Source of the DNA: a virus
Lineage: Duplodnaviria > Caudoviricetes
DNA: 64,000 nucleotides
Reading direction: 5' to 3' (one strand)
Virus record (IMG/VR): IMGVR_UViG_3300028797_000167
Coordinates: 1,596-65,595 of that record
This document shows, in pieces, positions 29,398 to 38,382 of the stretch (position 1 is the first letter of the stretch; the number at the start of each line of letters is the position of its first letter). The notes under the pieces were generated by a model, which was given only the letters and a program-made list of their open reading frames with translations, made no database searches and had not been told where the DNA came from. A program made the position numbers and the translations under genes.

Positions 29398-30228
29398 TCA
29401 CTTTAAATCACCCGGAATATTTGCATATTCAGCAGGATTTCCAAGATCGCCGCATCTATAGCAAGCGTCAGTATAAGAAGCACCAACACCACTAATCTGC
29501 TGCCAGTATGTCGGATATACTACACCGGCATAATTATTCGTAATATTTCTTTGGTTGTAGAATAAGTTAGTAAGATCCACATTATTTCCAACTTCAGAAG
29601 TATCAGGCCAAATTATATTAGGAGCAGTTGTAAGTCTATATTGCTGCGTAGAATCAGCGCCGCTGGTATGGAATAAATATCTAAGTCCACCATGACAAGA
29701 TGTTCCATTATAATATTTTACTTTACTAAAATCTAAAGTGCAATTGACATATCTAACGGAACCATGGCCTTGTACTGCAGATCCGTTAAAATAAAACATA
29801 TAAGAAGCATCAGTAATATTACTTGTATCGATCTTTTCAACGCCTTCTAATTTAAAAAGACCTGAAAATAATCCTCTCATATTTGTAACACCAGAGGTTT
29901 CACTATCTATAATCTTACATTTAGCTTCTCTAAGATCACAAAATCTACCATCAACACAGTTAAAAATACTAGCATGAATATTTTTATCAGTGTTTGTAAG
30001 ATTCGTAGGGTAAGTCCATATAGGATCATTATAAGTCCAATCCCATATAGTATCAGACCGTTGCGTCCATGTACCATAATCGAATCTATAATTCAACGGG
30101 TTATAATACTTATCTTCATCTAAGAATAAGAATCTTAAAGTATAGGGTGCTATAGAAGGCAGCGGCTCGGAAAGTACCTTGCCGCTGTTAAATAGCATAT
30201 AGTTATCTCTCGATATGTAATTATTCAT
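29398..30228 (-). CDS. DUF285/BspA-like repeat protein
   Basis: ETSGVTNMRGLF, DTSNITDASYMF; near-identical 5' end to 62043-62867. Confidence 0.6.
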   Translation of the reverse strand: MNNYISRDNYMLFNSGKVLSEPLPSIAPYTLRFLFLDEDKYYNPLNYRFDYGTWTQRSDTIWDWTYNDPIWTYPTNLTNTDKNIHASIFNCVDGRFCDLREAKCKIIDSETSGVTNMRGLFSGLFKLEGVEKIDTSNITDASYMFYFNGSAVQGHGSVRYVNCTLDFSKVKYYNGTSCHGGLRYLFHTSGADSTQQYRLTTAPNIIWPDTSEVGNNVDLTNLFYNQRNITNNYAGVVYPTYWQQISGVGASYTDACYRCGDLGNPAEYANIPGDLK

Positions 30229-30242
30229 ATATGCTTTCCTCT

Positions 30243-31445
30243 TTAGTCTAATAGATCATATTCGTATTTAGTTGCAGAATAAGACCATGAACCATTACCA
30301 GATGCATATGCAGAATTAGACCAACTAAAATTAACATTATTCGTATGAGAATAATCATAACCTAAATACGCATTAGTACTTACTGATTTAGAATTAGATG
30401 ATCTATTAGCAGTAGCACTTACATTAATCATATTTATCTTATCCTCTGTCGTATTATTAGTTATACTAACTGTTGCAGTAGATGCAGTACTTCCTGTGTA
30501 TCTTGTAACACTTGCGCTCATAGCATATCCAGGATGTATTTCGAGACTTACCGCTTTACTTCTTCCTAAAGATCCGCTACTACTAGCAGCAGATACGCCA
30601 ACCTTAGTTCCGCCAATTATAGTAGGTATTCTTGCTCTTTGATCATTTTCAGAATTGCTACCAGTAAGTTTAAATGTATTAGTATTATAATTTCCATTTA
30701 AGCCAGCCGGAGACATACATATTTCATTAAATAAATGCTTTGCATTATCAATCATATAACTATTTAGGAATAGATTATTTGCATCATTACATGAACTAAA
30801 ATCTAAAGCTGGTATATGCGTCAACGAGTGACATTCTTTTAGAGCTGAATTAAAATCAACACAACTAGAAGTATTAAATAATGGTAAGCTAGTAAGATTT
30901 GCTAATCGTGCAAAAGTAAAGTACCATGAAGTAACATTACTGGTATCAAATAACGCTATGCTTGTAATACCAGTGCAATATTCAAACATACTTCCCATAT
31001 CTAAAAGGCTTGTAGTATTATAAATACCAGATACAGTATTTAATCCATCATTAGGCAAAGCACTTGTTCCCCAGAATAGTCTTAATGTAGATGTAACCCC
31101 ATCAAGATTTCCTGCAAGAATATCAACTGTTCCACCTATAGTAGTGCTATTAAGATTAAATTTACGAGCATCACTTCCCCAACTGGTATTATTATAATAC
31201 CAATCCCATATACCCTGCGAAGCATTTACAACTGTCCAAGTACCTATTGTAGAAGTATTATTGCTTCCACTACCAGTTGTTGGCTGATAATTAGTATTAC
31301 TAAATTTAAATCTAATCGTTTTAGCAGGTAAAACTATAACGGGTTGACTAGACCCAAATACTTTAACGGAGCCTAAATAGGCCTCCACTATCTTAGTGCT
31401 ACCAAGATAGAGAGAACCTATCGACCCATTCAAATTAATACCCAT
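30243..31445 (-). CDS. DUF285/BspA-like repeat tail accessory protein, unit A only
   Basis: LYLGSTKIVEAYLGSVKVF N-terminus; FDTSNVTSW, FNTSSCVDF, LDFSSCNDANNLF repeats. Confidence 0.6.
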   Translation of the reverse strand: MGINLNGSIGSLYLGSTKIVEAYLGSVKVFGSSQPVIVLPAKTIRFKFSNTNYQPTTGSGSNNTSTIGTWTVVNASQGIWDWYYNNTSWGSDARKFNLNSTTIGGTVDILAGNLDGVTSTLRLFWGTSALPNDGLNTVSGIYNTTSLLDMGSMFEYCTGITSIALFDTSNVTSWYFTFARLANLTSLPLFNTSSCVDFNSALKECHSLTHIPALDFSSCNDANNLFLNSYMIDNAKHLFNEICMSPAGLNGNYNTNTFKLTGSNSENDQRARIPTIIGGTKVGVSAASSSGSLGRSKAVSLEIHPGYAMSASVTRYTGSTASTATVSITNNTTEDKINMINVSATANRSSNSKSVSTNAYLGYDYSHTNNVNFSWSNSAYASGNGSWSYSATKYEYDLLD

Positions 31446-31449
31446 ATAT

Positions 31450-32415
31450 TTATTCCTCTATTAAATATAGAACAGTTGCAACCGGGTTAGCTGGTAAGGC
31501 TTGAACCTTTACTATATCAGTTATACCTGCAGTTGTACTTACTCCGACGGCATTACTTGAAATACTTATCATATTTCCTGCAGAAATAGTATCTTGCTTT
31601 CCGATTATAGCACTTGCAACTGCAACACCGCTTTGAGCGTTTGTAGAAGAAGCATTATAAGTCTGGTCAACGGTCGGTATAGTAGGTGTGTTACTAAGAT
31701 CATTATAAGACCCACTTGTAGCCACCGTTGCAAGGTTAGGTTTATTCTGAATATAGCTTACAGCAGTAGGATCAGTCTCCATCCAGTTAGACTGAACTTG
31801 AGTGCCACCACCGCCGCCACCACTTTCAGTTTCCCAACTATAAGAACCAGCTCCACCACTATATGTAGCCTTAAGAACCTTTCCATTATCAGAGGATGTT
31901 ACAGTCGGAACACCATCTGGTATAGTCGGAGTATTAGAAAGGTCGTTATAAGAACCAGTTGTAGCTACAGTTGCAAGATTAGGCTTATTAAGAATCTCGC
32001 TTACACCAGAAGAAGAATTCCAGTCAGCATTAACCTGCGCAGCTGGTATAGTAGGTTTATTACTTAAATCATTATACGATCCTGAAGTAGCCACAGAAGC
32101 AAGATTGCTAGACTCTGCATAGATGCTAAGATCAGGCTTGTTTGTAAGATCGTTATAATTTCCACTAAAGAGTGTGGGCTTATTCTTAATATAATCGACA
32201 GCCGAAGAATCAGTCTGAGCATAATCAGATTGAACCTGCGCAGCCGGGATCGTAGGTTTATTACTAAGATCATCATAAGAACCAGAAGTGGCCACCGTAG
32301 CCAATGAAGATGATTTGGCATAGGTGGTATCAATTCTATTTCCATCTTTATCCTGCTCGGCTCGTTGAGCATATATAGGATTGCTGTCAATAGTGTTTGC
32401 AAAAGTAGTTGACAT
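31450..32415 (-). CDS. Repeat-rich fibre protein (LATVATSGSYNDLSNKP repeats)
   Basis: Multiple ATVATSGSY.DL repeats and VQSDY/W motifs; counterpart at 62904->64000. Confidence 0.7.
   Translation of the reverse strand: MSTTFANTIDSNPIYAQRAEQDKDGNRIDTTYAKSSSLATVATSGSYDDLSNKPTIPAAQVQSDYAQTDSSAVDYIKNKPTLFSGNYNDLTNKPDLSIYAESSNLASVATSGSYNDLSNKPTIPAAQVNADWNSSSGVSEILNKPNLATVATTGSYNDLSNTPTIPDGVPTVTSSDNGKVLKATYSGGAGSYSWETESGGGGGGTQVQSNWMETDPTAVSYIQNKPNLATVATSGSYNDLSNTPTIPTVDQTYNASSTNAQSGVAVASAIIGKQDTISAGNMISISSNAVGVSTTAGITDIVKVQALPANPVATVLYLIEE
31916..32042 (+). repeat. 127-bp perfect direct repeat with 63874-64000 (offset 31,958)
   Basis: Base-by-base identical; a further 58-bp identity at 31695-31752 / 63653-63710 has the same offset. 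Confidence 0.95.
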
Positions 32416-32424
32416 AAAGTCTCC

Positions 32425-33963
32425 TTATAAAGTAATAGTTCCTATAACAGGAATAGAAGGTTTATTCTTAATATAATCTATTGCACTGGAATCTGCCTGA
32501 CTCCAGTCAGCTTGAACCTGAGAGGCGGCAGCTGCACTGATCTCTAGCTGGTCATCTACATAAGCAAATGTAATTCTATTACCAGCTTTAAGCGGCATGT
32601 TAGTCGGTTTATTCTTAATATAATCATTTGCAGTGTTATCAGACTGGCTCCAATCAGATTGAATAATATCCCAAGATGGATCACCATTAGAATCTACAAC
32701 AAGAGTTTTTCCTTCATCAGAAGATGTAGACGGAGGAAGGCTTATAGGAGCAACCTGCCAAGAATAAGATCCAACTCCACCACTATATTCGGCGGTTAGA
32801 ACCTTTCCATTATCAGCACTTGCTACATCAGGAACATTTCTAATATCAGGCTTGCCCGTCAAAGAGCTATATGAACCAGTATAAGCCACCGCAGCAAAGC
32901 TAGGTTTATTCTGTATATAAGCCTTAGAAGAGGTATTAGTTTCCGTCCAGTCAGATTGAACTTGTGGATCATTATTTGCACTAATTACCACTTGTTCACT
33001 TTCATTAAGTTCGAGATTAATACCAGTGCCGGAAATCAATCCATACAATTCTGGTTTATGTTTGATATAGTCATCAGCAGAGGTATCATTTTGTGTCCAG
33101 TCGGATTGAACGTTTACTTCAGCTCCAGCTGCAATACCATTAAGCTTCGTCTTATCTGCAGCGGACATAAAGCCATCTGTAGTTATAGTTGCATTAGACG
33201 GTTTATTCTTAATGTAATCATCTGCAGTAGTATCGCTTTGACTCCAGTCTGCTTGTACATTTACTTCTGCACCAGCTTCTATACCACTTAATTTATTCTT
33301 TTCAGCCGTAGTAAAGTTATTATCTGTATGTACATAAGAAGCATCTTGAACTAAATTTTCAGGCTTGTTCTTAATGTAATCATCAGCGGAACTATTAGTC
33401 TGGTTCCAGTCTGCTTGAACGTTTACTTCAGCACCAGCTTCAATACCTTCTAATTTAGACTTTTCAGCCGTAGTAAAGTTATTGTCTGTATGTACATAGT
33501 CTGCATCCTGTACAAGATTCTCCGGCTTATTCTTAATATAATCATCTGCGGAACTATTAGACTGGTTCCAGTCCGCTTGTACATTAACTTGCGCCCCAGC
33601 TTCAATACCACTTAATTTATTCTTTTCCGCTGTAGTGAAGTTATTATCAGTATGCACATAAGAAGCGTCCTGTACTAGATTTTCCGGCTTATGTTTAATA
33701 TAAGCTTTAGAAGAAGTATCAGTCTCCGTCCAGTCGCTTTGAACCTGCATTTCAGGAATATTAGGCTTATGCTTAATATATGCCTTTGAATCAGTATCAG
33801 TTTCATCCCAGTCGCTTTGAACTTGAGCATCAGGAATAGACTGCTCAACACGGGTTAGTTCCGCTTGAGTAGCAAACAAGCCCTTTGCACTGTTCCACAA
33901 GCCCATGAGCATGTTGTAAAGTTGAGTAAGTTTAGTTACATGTTCGCCATTAAAGTTAGCCAT
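32425..33963 (-). CDS. Repeat-rich tail fibre protein
   Basis: Many VQ(S/A)DW...YIK(N/H)KP and NLVQDASYVHTDNNFT repeats. Confidence 0.7.
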   Translation of the reverse strand: MANFNGEHVTKLTQLYNMLMGLWNSAKGLFATQAELTRVEQSIPDAQVQSDWDETDTDSKAYIKHKPNIPEMQVQSDWTETDTSSKAYIKHKPENLVQDASYVHTDNNFTTAEKNKLSGIEAGAQVNVQADWNQSNSSADDYIKNKPENLVQDADYVHTDNNFTTAEKSKLEGIEAGAEVNVQADWNQTNSSADDYIKNKPENLVQDASYVHTDNNFTTAEKNKLSGIEAGAEVNVQADWSQSDTTADDYIKNKPSNATITTDGFMSAADKTKLNGIAAGAEVNVQSDWTQNDTSADDYIKHKPELYGLISGTGINLELNESEQVVISANNDPQVQSDWTETNTSSKAYIQNKPSFAAVAYTGSYSSLTGKPDIRNVPDVASADNGKVLTAEYSGGVGSYSWQVAPISLPPSTSSDEGKTLVVDSNGDPSWDIIQSDWSQSDNTANDYIKNKPTNMPLKAGNRITFAYVDDQLEISAAAASQVQADWSQADSSAIDYIKNKPSIPVIGTITL

Positions 33964-33971
33964 AATTTCTC

Positions 33972-35573
33972 CTATACGAAATCAGCTATGATACTATTTG
34001 CTTCTGCATCAGTTGTAAAGCCAACAATCTGGCTTGGTGGTCTATCTATAAGATCATTATAAGATCCAGTAATAGCTACCGTTGCAAGTTCAGGTTTATT
34101 CTTAATATAGGATTTCTTTGTATTATCCGTTTCAGTCCAGTCACTTTGAACCTGCATAGCCGGGATATTAGGCTTATTAAGTAAGTCATTATAATCACCA
34201 GTCGTAGCCACGGTTGCAAGAGAGCTAGCATCTGCTTTAGAATTTAATGCAGCAGTTACAACCTTATTCTGTACCGGGTTTTCACTCTCTAAAGATAATT
34301 CAGAATCCACCGGGATTGTTAAACCATTTACAGTCCAAGCAAGAACGTCAAAGGCTTGAATGCTTTCAATATAGACGCTTGCATTAGGAATAGAATGGGA
34401 TACCGTCAACGGTAATGCATAATCATCATTCAATGCGATTAGATCATAAGAGAAATGAATGATTTCATCGTGGGCATAAGTATTATCATACGTCTGTCTA
34501 AGCTTAGAATATCCATATCCACTTAAGATAACTTGATAATCGTTTACATCTACAGTCGCACCAGTAATCTTTACATCCACGTCTACATGATAGTATCCTT
34601 TCTTAAATTTAAGGACACCAGCTTCTAGATATATATCAAACCCCTTATGGTCTGCTTCAGCTAAAGATGCATTAAGATCAGTTCCAGTATAGACCTGTAC
34701 AGAGCTTATAGCATGGAAATATGCTTCAGAGAGTTCTGGTTTATTTTTGATATAAGCCGGACTTAAGGTGTTAGCTTCTGCCCAGTCTGATTGAACCCTA
34801 TTAGGCACAATCGCACTAATAGTATTTCCATTGATTGTAATATTATCGCCAGCTACAAGTTTATCTTGTTTATTAGTTAAGATATTATCTACTTCAGTCT
34901 TGTAGTCAATAAATTCACTATAGATTGCTTTAGACAAATCATATGTAGCAAGGAACTGGTCATGTCTAATCCATGCATTATTCTGCGTTAGTTCATATAT
35001 ATCACTAGTTACCGCAGTGATTGTATCTACATCGTTTATAGATTCTTCAATCACACCGTGAGGGCCACGAGTAAATATATAGCTATAGCGACGAATAATA
35101 TCTTCTGTTTCTTCAGATGGAATAGCTTGGTTGATTGCAGATTGAGCAAAGATCCATTCATCGTTTCCTATTTTTAATACAGGAAGCTTTCCGCTATTTA
35201 TAATCTGCGTAATTGTAGAATATGTATCTTCCGTAGATACATATACAATTTCATTATCGCCTACTGGTACAACTCCGCCTTCGCCACCTCCGGCGGTTAC
35301 ATTATCAAATGTACCCTTAAGGTTATTATCCCTATCATAGACTTCGATGTAATAAGCTATACCAGCTTCTAATGCAAAGGTACAACGACCAGCTGCATCA
35401 AGCATTATAATTGTAGGATGCTTAATCCCACTACCAGGATATGTATATGTCTGTACAGGCATAGAATGATCGCTGGCATAATAAGTCTTTATCGAGCCGT
35501 TAGATAAAGGATTTCCATCTTCATCAAAGAACTGCTGCCAATATGCGCTTGGATAAGATTGAGTTAAAGCCAT
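33972..35573 (-). CDS. Tail fibre with head-binding-type N-terminus
   Basis: QQFFDEDGNPLSNGSIKTY...LDAAGRCTF; start trimmed to MALTQ after GGAG; homologue of <1-1472. Confidence 0.75.
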   Translation of the reverse strand: MALTQSYPSAYWQQFFDEDGNPLSNGSIKTYYASDHSMPVQTYTYPGSGIKHPTIIMLDAAGRCTFALEAGIAYYIEVYDRDNNLKGTFDNVTAGGGEGGVVPVGDNEIVYVSTEDTYSTITQIINSGKLPVLKIGNDEWIFAQSAINQAIPSEETEDIIRRYSYIFTRGPHGVIEESINDVDTITAVTSDIYELTQNNAWIRHDQFLATYDLSKAIYSEFIDYKTEVDNILTNKQDKLVAGDNITINGNTISAIVPNRVQSDWAEANTLSPAYIKNKPELSEAYFHAISSVQVYTGTDLNASLAEADHKGFDIYLEAGVLKFKKGYYHVDVDVKITGATVDVNDYQVILSGYGYSKLRQTYDNTYAHDEIIHFSYDLIALNDDYALPLTVSHSIPNASVYIESIQAFDVLAWTVNGLTIPVDSELSLESENPVQNKVVTAALNSKADASSLATVATTGDYNDLLNKPNIPAMQVQSDWTETDNTKKSYIKNKPELATVAITGSYNDLIDRPPSQIVGFTTDAEANSIIADFV

Positions 35574-35590
35574 ATATGTCTCCGTTTGAA

Positions 35591-35644
35591 TATTCAATGA
35601 ATGAGTTTTGATAAAAATTCCCTATGATAAACATAGGGAATTTT
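35591..35644 (-). promoter_or_regulatory. B-type hairpin + motif cassette
   Basis: tattcaatgaatgagtt plus aaaattccctatg-N5-catagggaatttt. Confidence 0.75.
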
Positions 35645-35646
35645 AA

Positions 35647-38307
35647 TTAGACATTATCGTAATTCATAGGAGTAGTTACTCCAGATATAAAATTATTGTC
35701 CATATAAACGAAGATATTAAATGTGCTCATAGGACTTGCAGGATAGACTGCGAAGTTTTCGTTCCATCCATCATAAGGGTCTCTGTCGATGTAGCCTATC
35801 AATACACCATTACTAAATTCAGATGTAGTATGATCTGCATTTTCCGCTTCAAAGCTTACATTATATTCAGCTTCTCCGTCTGCATCACGAGATACCATCA
35901 TGCCATATCCAGTTCTTTGACCGTTATTAACATACTGGTTTGATACCACAAGGCTACTACCCCATGTATATATACCAGTAATATCGCCAGTGTGGTGTTC
36001 AACGTAGTCGTCTTCAAAAATACCTTGACTCCAGCTACAACGAATTGTACCGCTTCTAGCTAAATAGCCACGACCAACTGTAAAGCATTTCCAGTATATA
36101 CTTCTAGGTACAACAAAGATTTCCTTAGTCAATCTATTGATGAAAGAGAAAGGCATACTAGTAGTTGCAAATACACCACGACCAGAAAACCTAGATCCAG
36201 AATATAACGGGAATCGCATAGGATGATTTCTTCCACTATACTTCTGCAAGAATGGTTCTGCATTATTCATATAGCTATAATGATGATCATTATCTTGCAG
36301 CTTAAGGTTAGTACGGTCGATTCTAATCCAGTGGATTGTATCATAACTGGATCCATTATTTGCCCACATACCATTTACAACTGCATTAGGAGTAAATGAA
36401 TGGATATAATGTCTTGCAGGATTATTACCAGAATCTAGATGGAACATATTACCAGTACAATTAACGGTAATTACACCTTCAATATCAGACTGGTCGATTG
36501 TAGCATAGATCTGGTTGTGTGTAAGTTCTACATTCTTTGCAGCGATAATTGCATAGATAGAATTATCTCTAAGCTCTATGGAATTTGCTATAATGGATTT
36601 ATAAATTCTAGAATTTCTAATCACTACAGAAGATGCAGTCATTGTACCAAGCTCTAAATTTATATCACCATTTTCAACTAACAATGCAGATTGTATAGCT
36701 ATACCACCAGAAGCTTTAGATATAGATCCACGACGGAGAGCCAAAGTATCTACACCATCGCCTTCAATATTAACCCAACAATCGATAAGGTTTAAGGTGC
36801 TAGGATATCTTACATTCTTAATGGTACCAGAGAAGTTATGAAGCTCTAGGTTAATATACTTACTATCTAAGTCAATAGTACCCATACCATTTTCAATTAC
36901 ATAGACGTCGGATGCATCATCGCTTGGATATCTAAATGTAATATCAATAGTGCCTTCATTAAGATTACCTATCAGGTGTTTATCTTGATTGAGCTTAAGG
37001 TCTGCATATCTTTGTGCGCCCCAGTCTTCAACGCTATATGTAACATCCTGACCAAGATTAATTGCATATACATTATAGTTATTAGCAAACATCCAAGGAT
37101 AAATTGTAGTCGTACCATTTATAGATACAGGTTCACCTACAAACTTACCCACGCCTTGGTCAAACCTACAGTTAGAAAACACGCTACCGTTAGATGTAAG
37201 GTTAGTATTAAGCTGTATATTACAGTTATTAGCAATTACAACCTGCGTAGGATCTTCAACTTGTACATTAAGATTTCTAAATGTCTGTCTAGGATGTACA
37301 ACATTGTCTGCAATGATGGTATTAAATAAAGCGGTATTACCATCAAAGGTTAGATTATGGTTAGGTGTAGGTGTAAACCAACTAGAATGTACAACATCTT
37401 GTCTAATTACAAGCGTGGTATTTTCATCTACAAGCGCGGACTTTCTAGGATATTCTATACCACCTTGGAAAGAAATTCTAGATAGACCATTAGGTGTCAT
37501 AAACTTAAGCTGTCCATAACACGTTACAGGAATACCAATGGAAATATTTGCGCCGTTATCTAATCGATATACACCCGGTTTCCAGTAAATCATCTGTGCC
37601 TTTCTATAATTAGACATAGTATAATTTGCTAGACCGTTCAATCTAGATTGAAGCACACCCATATCAGTATAAGGACTTACACCAAATGTAGTAGAATCTA
37701 ATGTAGCGGATTCTAGAAGTTCCCATCGTCCTACATCACTAAGGCTAGATATAATCGTCGCACCATAGTCTTCATTTCTAGAACTATTAGCGTTCCATAC
37801 ATAAGTTCTAGGTGTAATGCCCTTTATATTTTCATCATAATCGATTACAGTAGCATACTTATATTCATTAAAAGATAACTGTCTAAGTTCAGCAATCGTT
37901 TCAACCGTTGCAATATAAGCTTGCGTGGTCTGTTCTTCATCGATTCTTCCAGAGTCGATTACAAATTCTTTATCAAATTCCCAGTGGCTTACTTCGCCAA
38001 GGTGTTCAGGATCTAATCTTTCATATTGATAATCAGCCATATCAGCTAGATTATTGCCGATGAATTTTTCTACTACAACCCTATATACTCCGTTCTTAAG
38101 GAACGGTTGAGCTTCAGGCTGTCCGGCTAGATTAGTAAGCAACGGGTTAGGTAGCTCTACATTATAATTCTGGTCGGAATAAATCGCCTTAAAGGTTGTA
38201 CCATCTGCTTCATAGAAGATTATTCTCCCTATAACCGGCTTTCCATTTGTATCTAGAAAGGTAGGGAGAGCATCATGAAGGGTATATACTTGTAAATCAG
38301 TAATCAT
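35647..38307 (-). CDS. Tailspike-like protein
   Basis: N-terminal ~500 aa homologous to 1552-4143; C-terminal part different. Confidence 0.7.
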   Translation of the reverse strand: MITDLQVYTLHDALPTFLDTNGKPVIGRIIFYEADGTTFKAIYSDQNYNVELPNPLLTNLAGQPEAQPFLKNGVYRVVVEKFIGNNLADMADYQYERLDPEHLGEVSHWEFDKEFVIDSGRIDEEQTTQAYIATVETIAELRQLSFNEYKYATVIDYDENIKGITPRTYVWNANSSRNEDYGATIISSLSDVGRWELLESATLDSTTFGVSPYTDMGVLQSRLNGLANYTMSNYRKAQMIYWKPGVYRLDNGANISIGIPVTCYGQLKFMTPNGLSRISFQGGIEYPRKSALVDENTTLVIRQDVVHSSWFTPTPNHNLTFDGNTALFNTIIADNVVHPRQTFRNLNVQVEDPTQVVIANNCNIQLNTNLTSNGSVFSNCRFDQGVGKFVGEPVSINGTTTIYPWMFANNYNVYAINLGQDVTYSVEDWGAQRYADLKLNQDKHLIGNLNEGTIDITFRYPSDDASDVYVIENGMGTIDLDSKYINLELHNFSGTIKNVRYPSTLNLIDCWVNIEGDGVDTLALRRGSISKASGGIAIQSALLVENGDINLELGTMTASSVVIRNSRIYKSIIANSIELRDNSIYAIIAAKNVELTHNQIYATIDQSDIEGVITVNCTGNMFHLDSGNNPARHYIHSFTPNAVVNGMWANNGSSYDTIHWIRIDRTNLKLQDNDHHYSYMNNAEPFLQKYSGRNHPMRFPLYSGSRFSGRGVFATTSMPFSFINRLTKEIFVVPRSIYWKCFTVGRGYLARSGTIRCSWSQGIFEDDYVEHHTGDITGIYTWGSSLVVSNQYVNNGQRTGYGMMVSRDADGEAEYNVSFEAENADHTTSEFSNGVLIGYIDRDPYDGWNENFAVYPASPMSTFNIFVYMDNNFISGVTTPMNYDNV

Positions 38308-38325
38308 AGGATCTCCTAGAATATA

Positions 38326-38368
38326 TATTCAATGAGTAAGTTTAACCCTATACCATTAAGGTATAGGG
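38326..38368 (-). promoter_or_regulatory. B-type hairpin + motif cassette (variant)
   Basis: tattcaatgagtaagtt plus ccctatacc-N5-ggtataggg. Confidence 0.7.
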
Positions 38369-38382
38369 CTATAAGTTATTTG

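Larger units (their letters stand above)
1..32042. mobile_element. Phage genome unit A (P22-like podovirus), partial at left edge; boundary with unit B is approximate
   Basis: Complete TerL-portal-scaffold-coat-adaptor-ejection-tailspike set plus a small early module and fibre genes; A-type intergenic motif occurs only at 1488-17971. Confidence 0.85.

Noticed and set aside
28602-31445. Diversity-generating retroelement acting on receptor-binding genes
   Set aside because: No reverse transcriptase motif in any ORF and no template/variable repeat pair with adenine-specific mismatches seen
26283-33963. Regularly spaced DNA repeats resembling a CRISPR array
   Set aside because: They are in-frame 147/162-nt coding repeats with synonymous variation; no unique spacers and no cas genes
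26283-38307. Shufflon or invertible fibre cassette
   Set aside because: All fibre genes are on one strand, with no inverted crossover sites and no invertase
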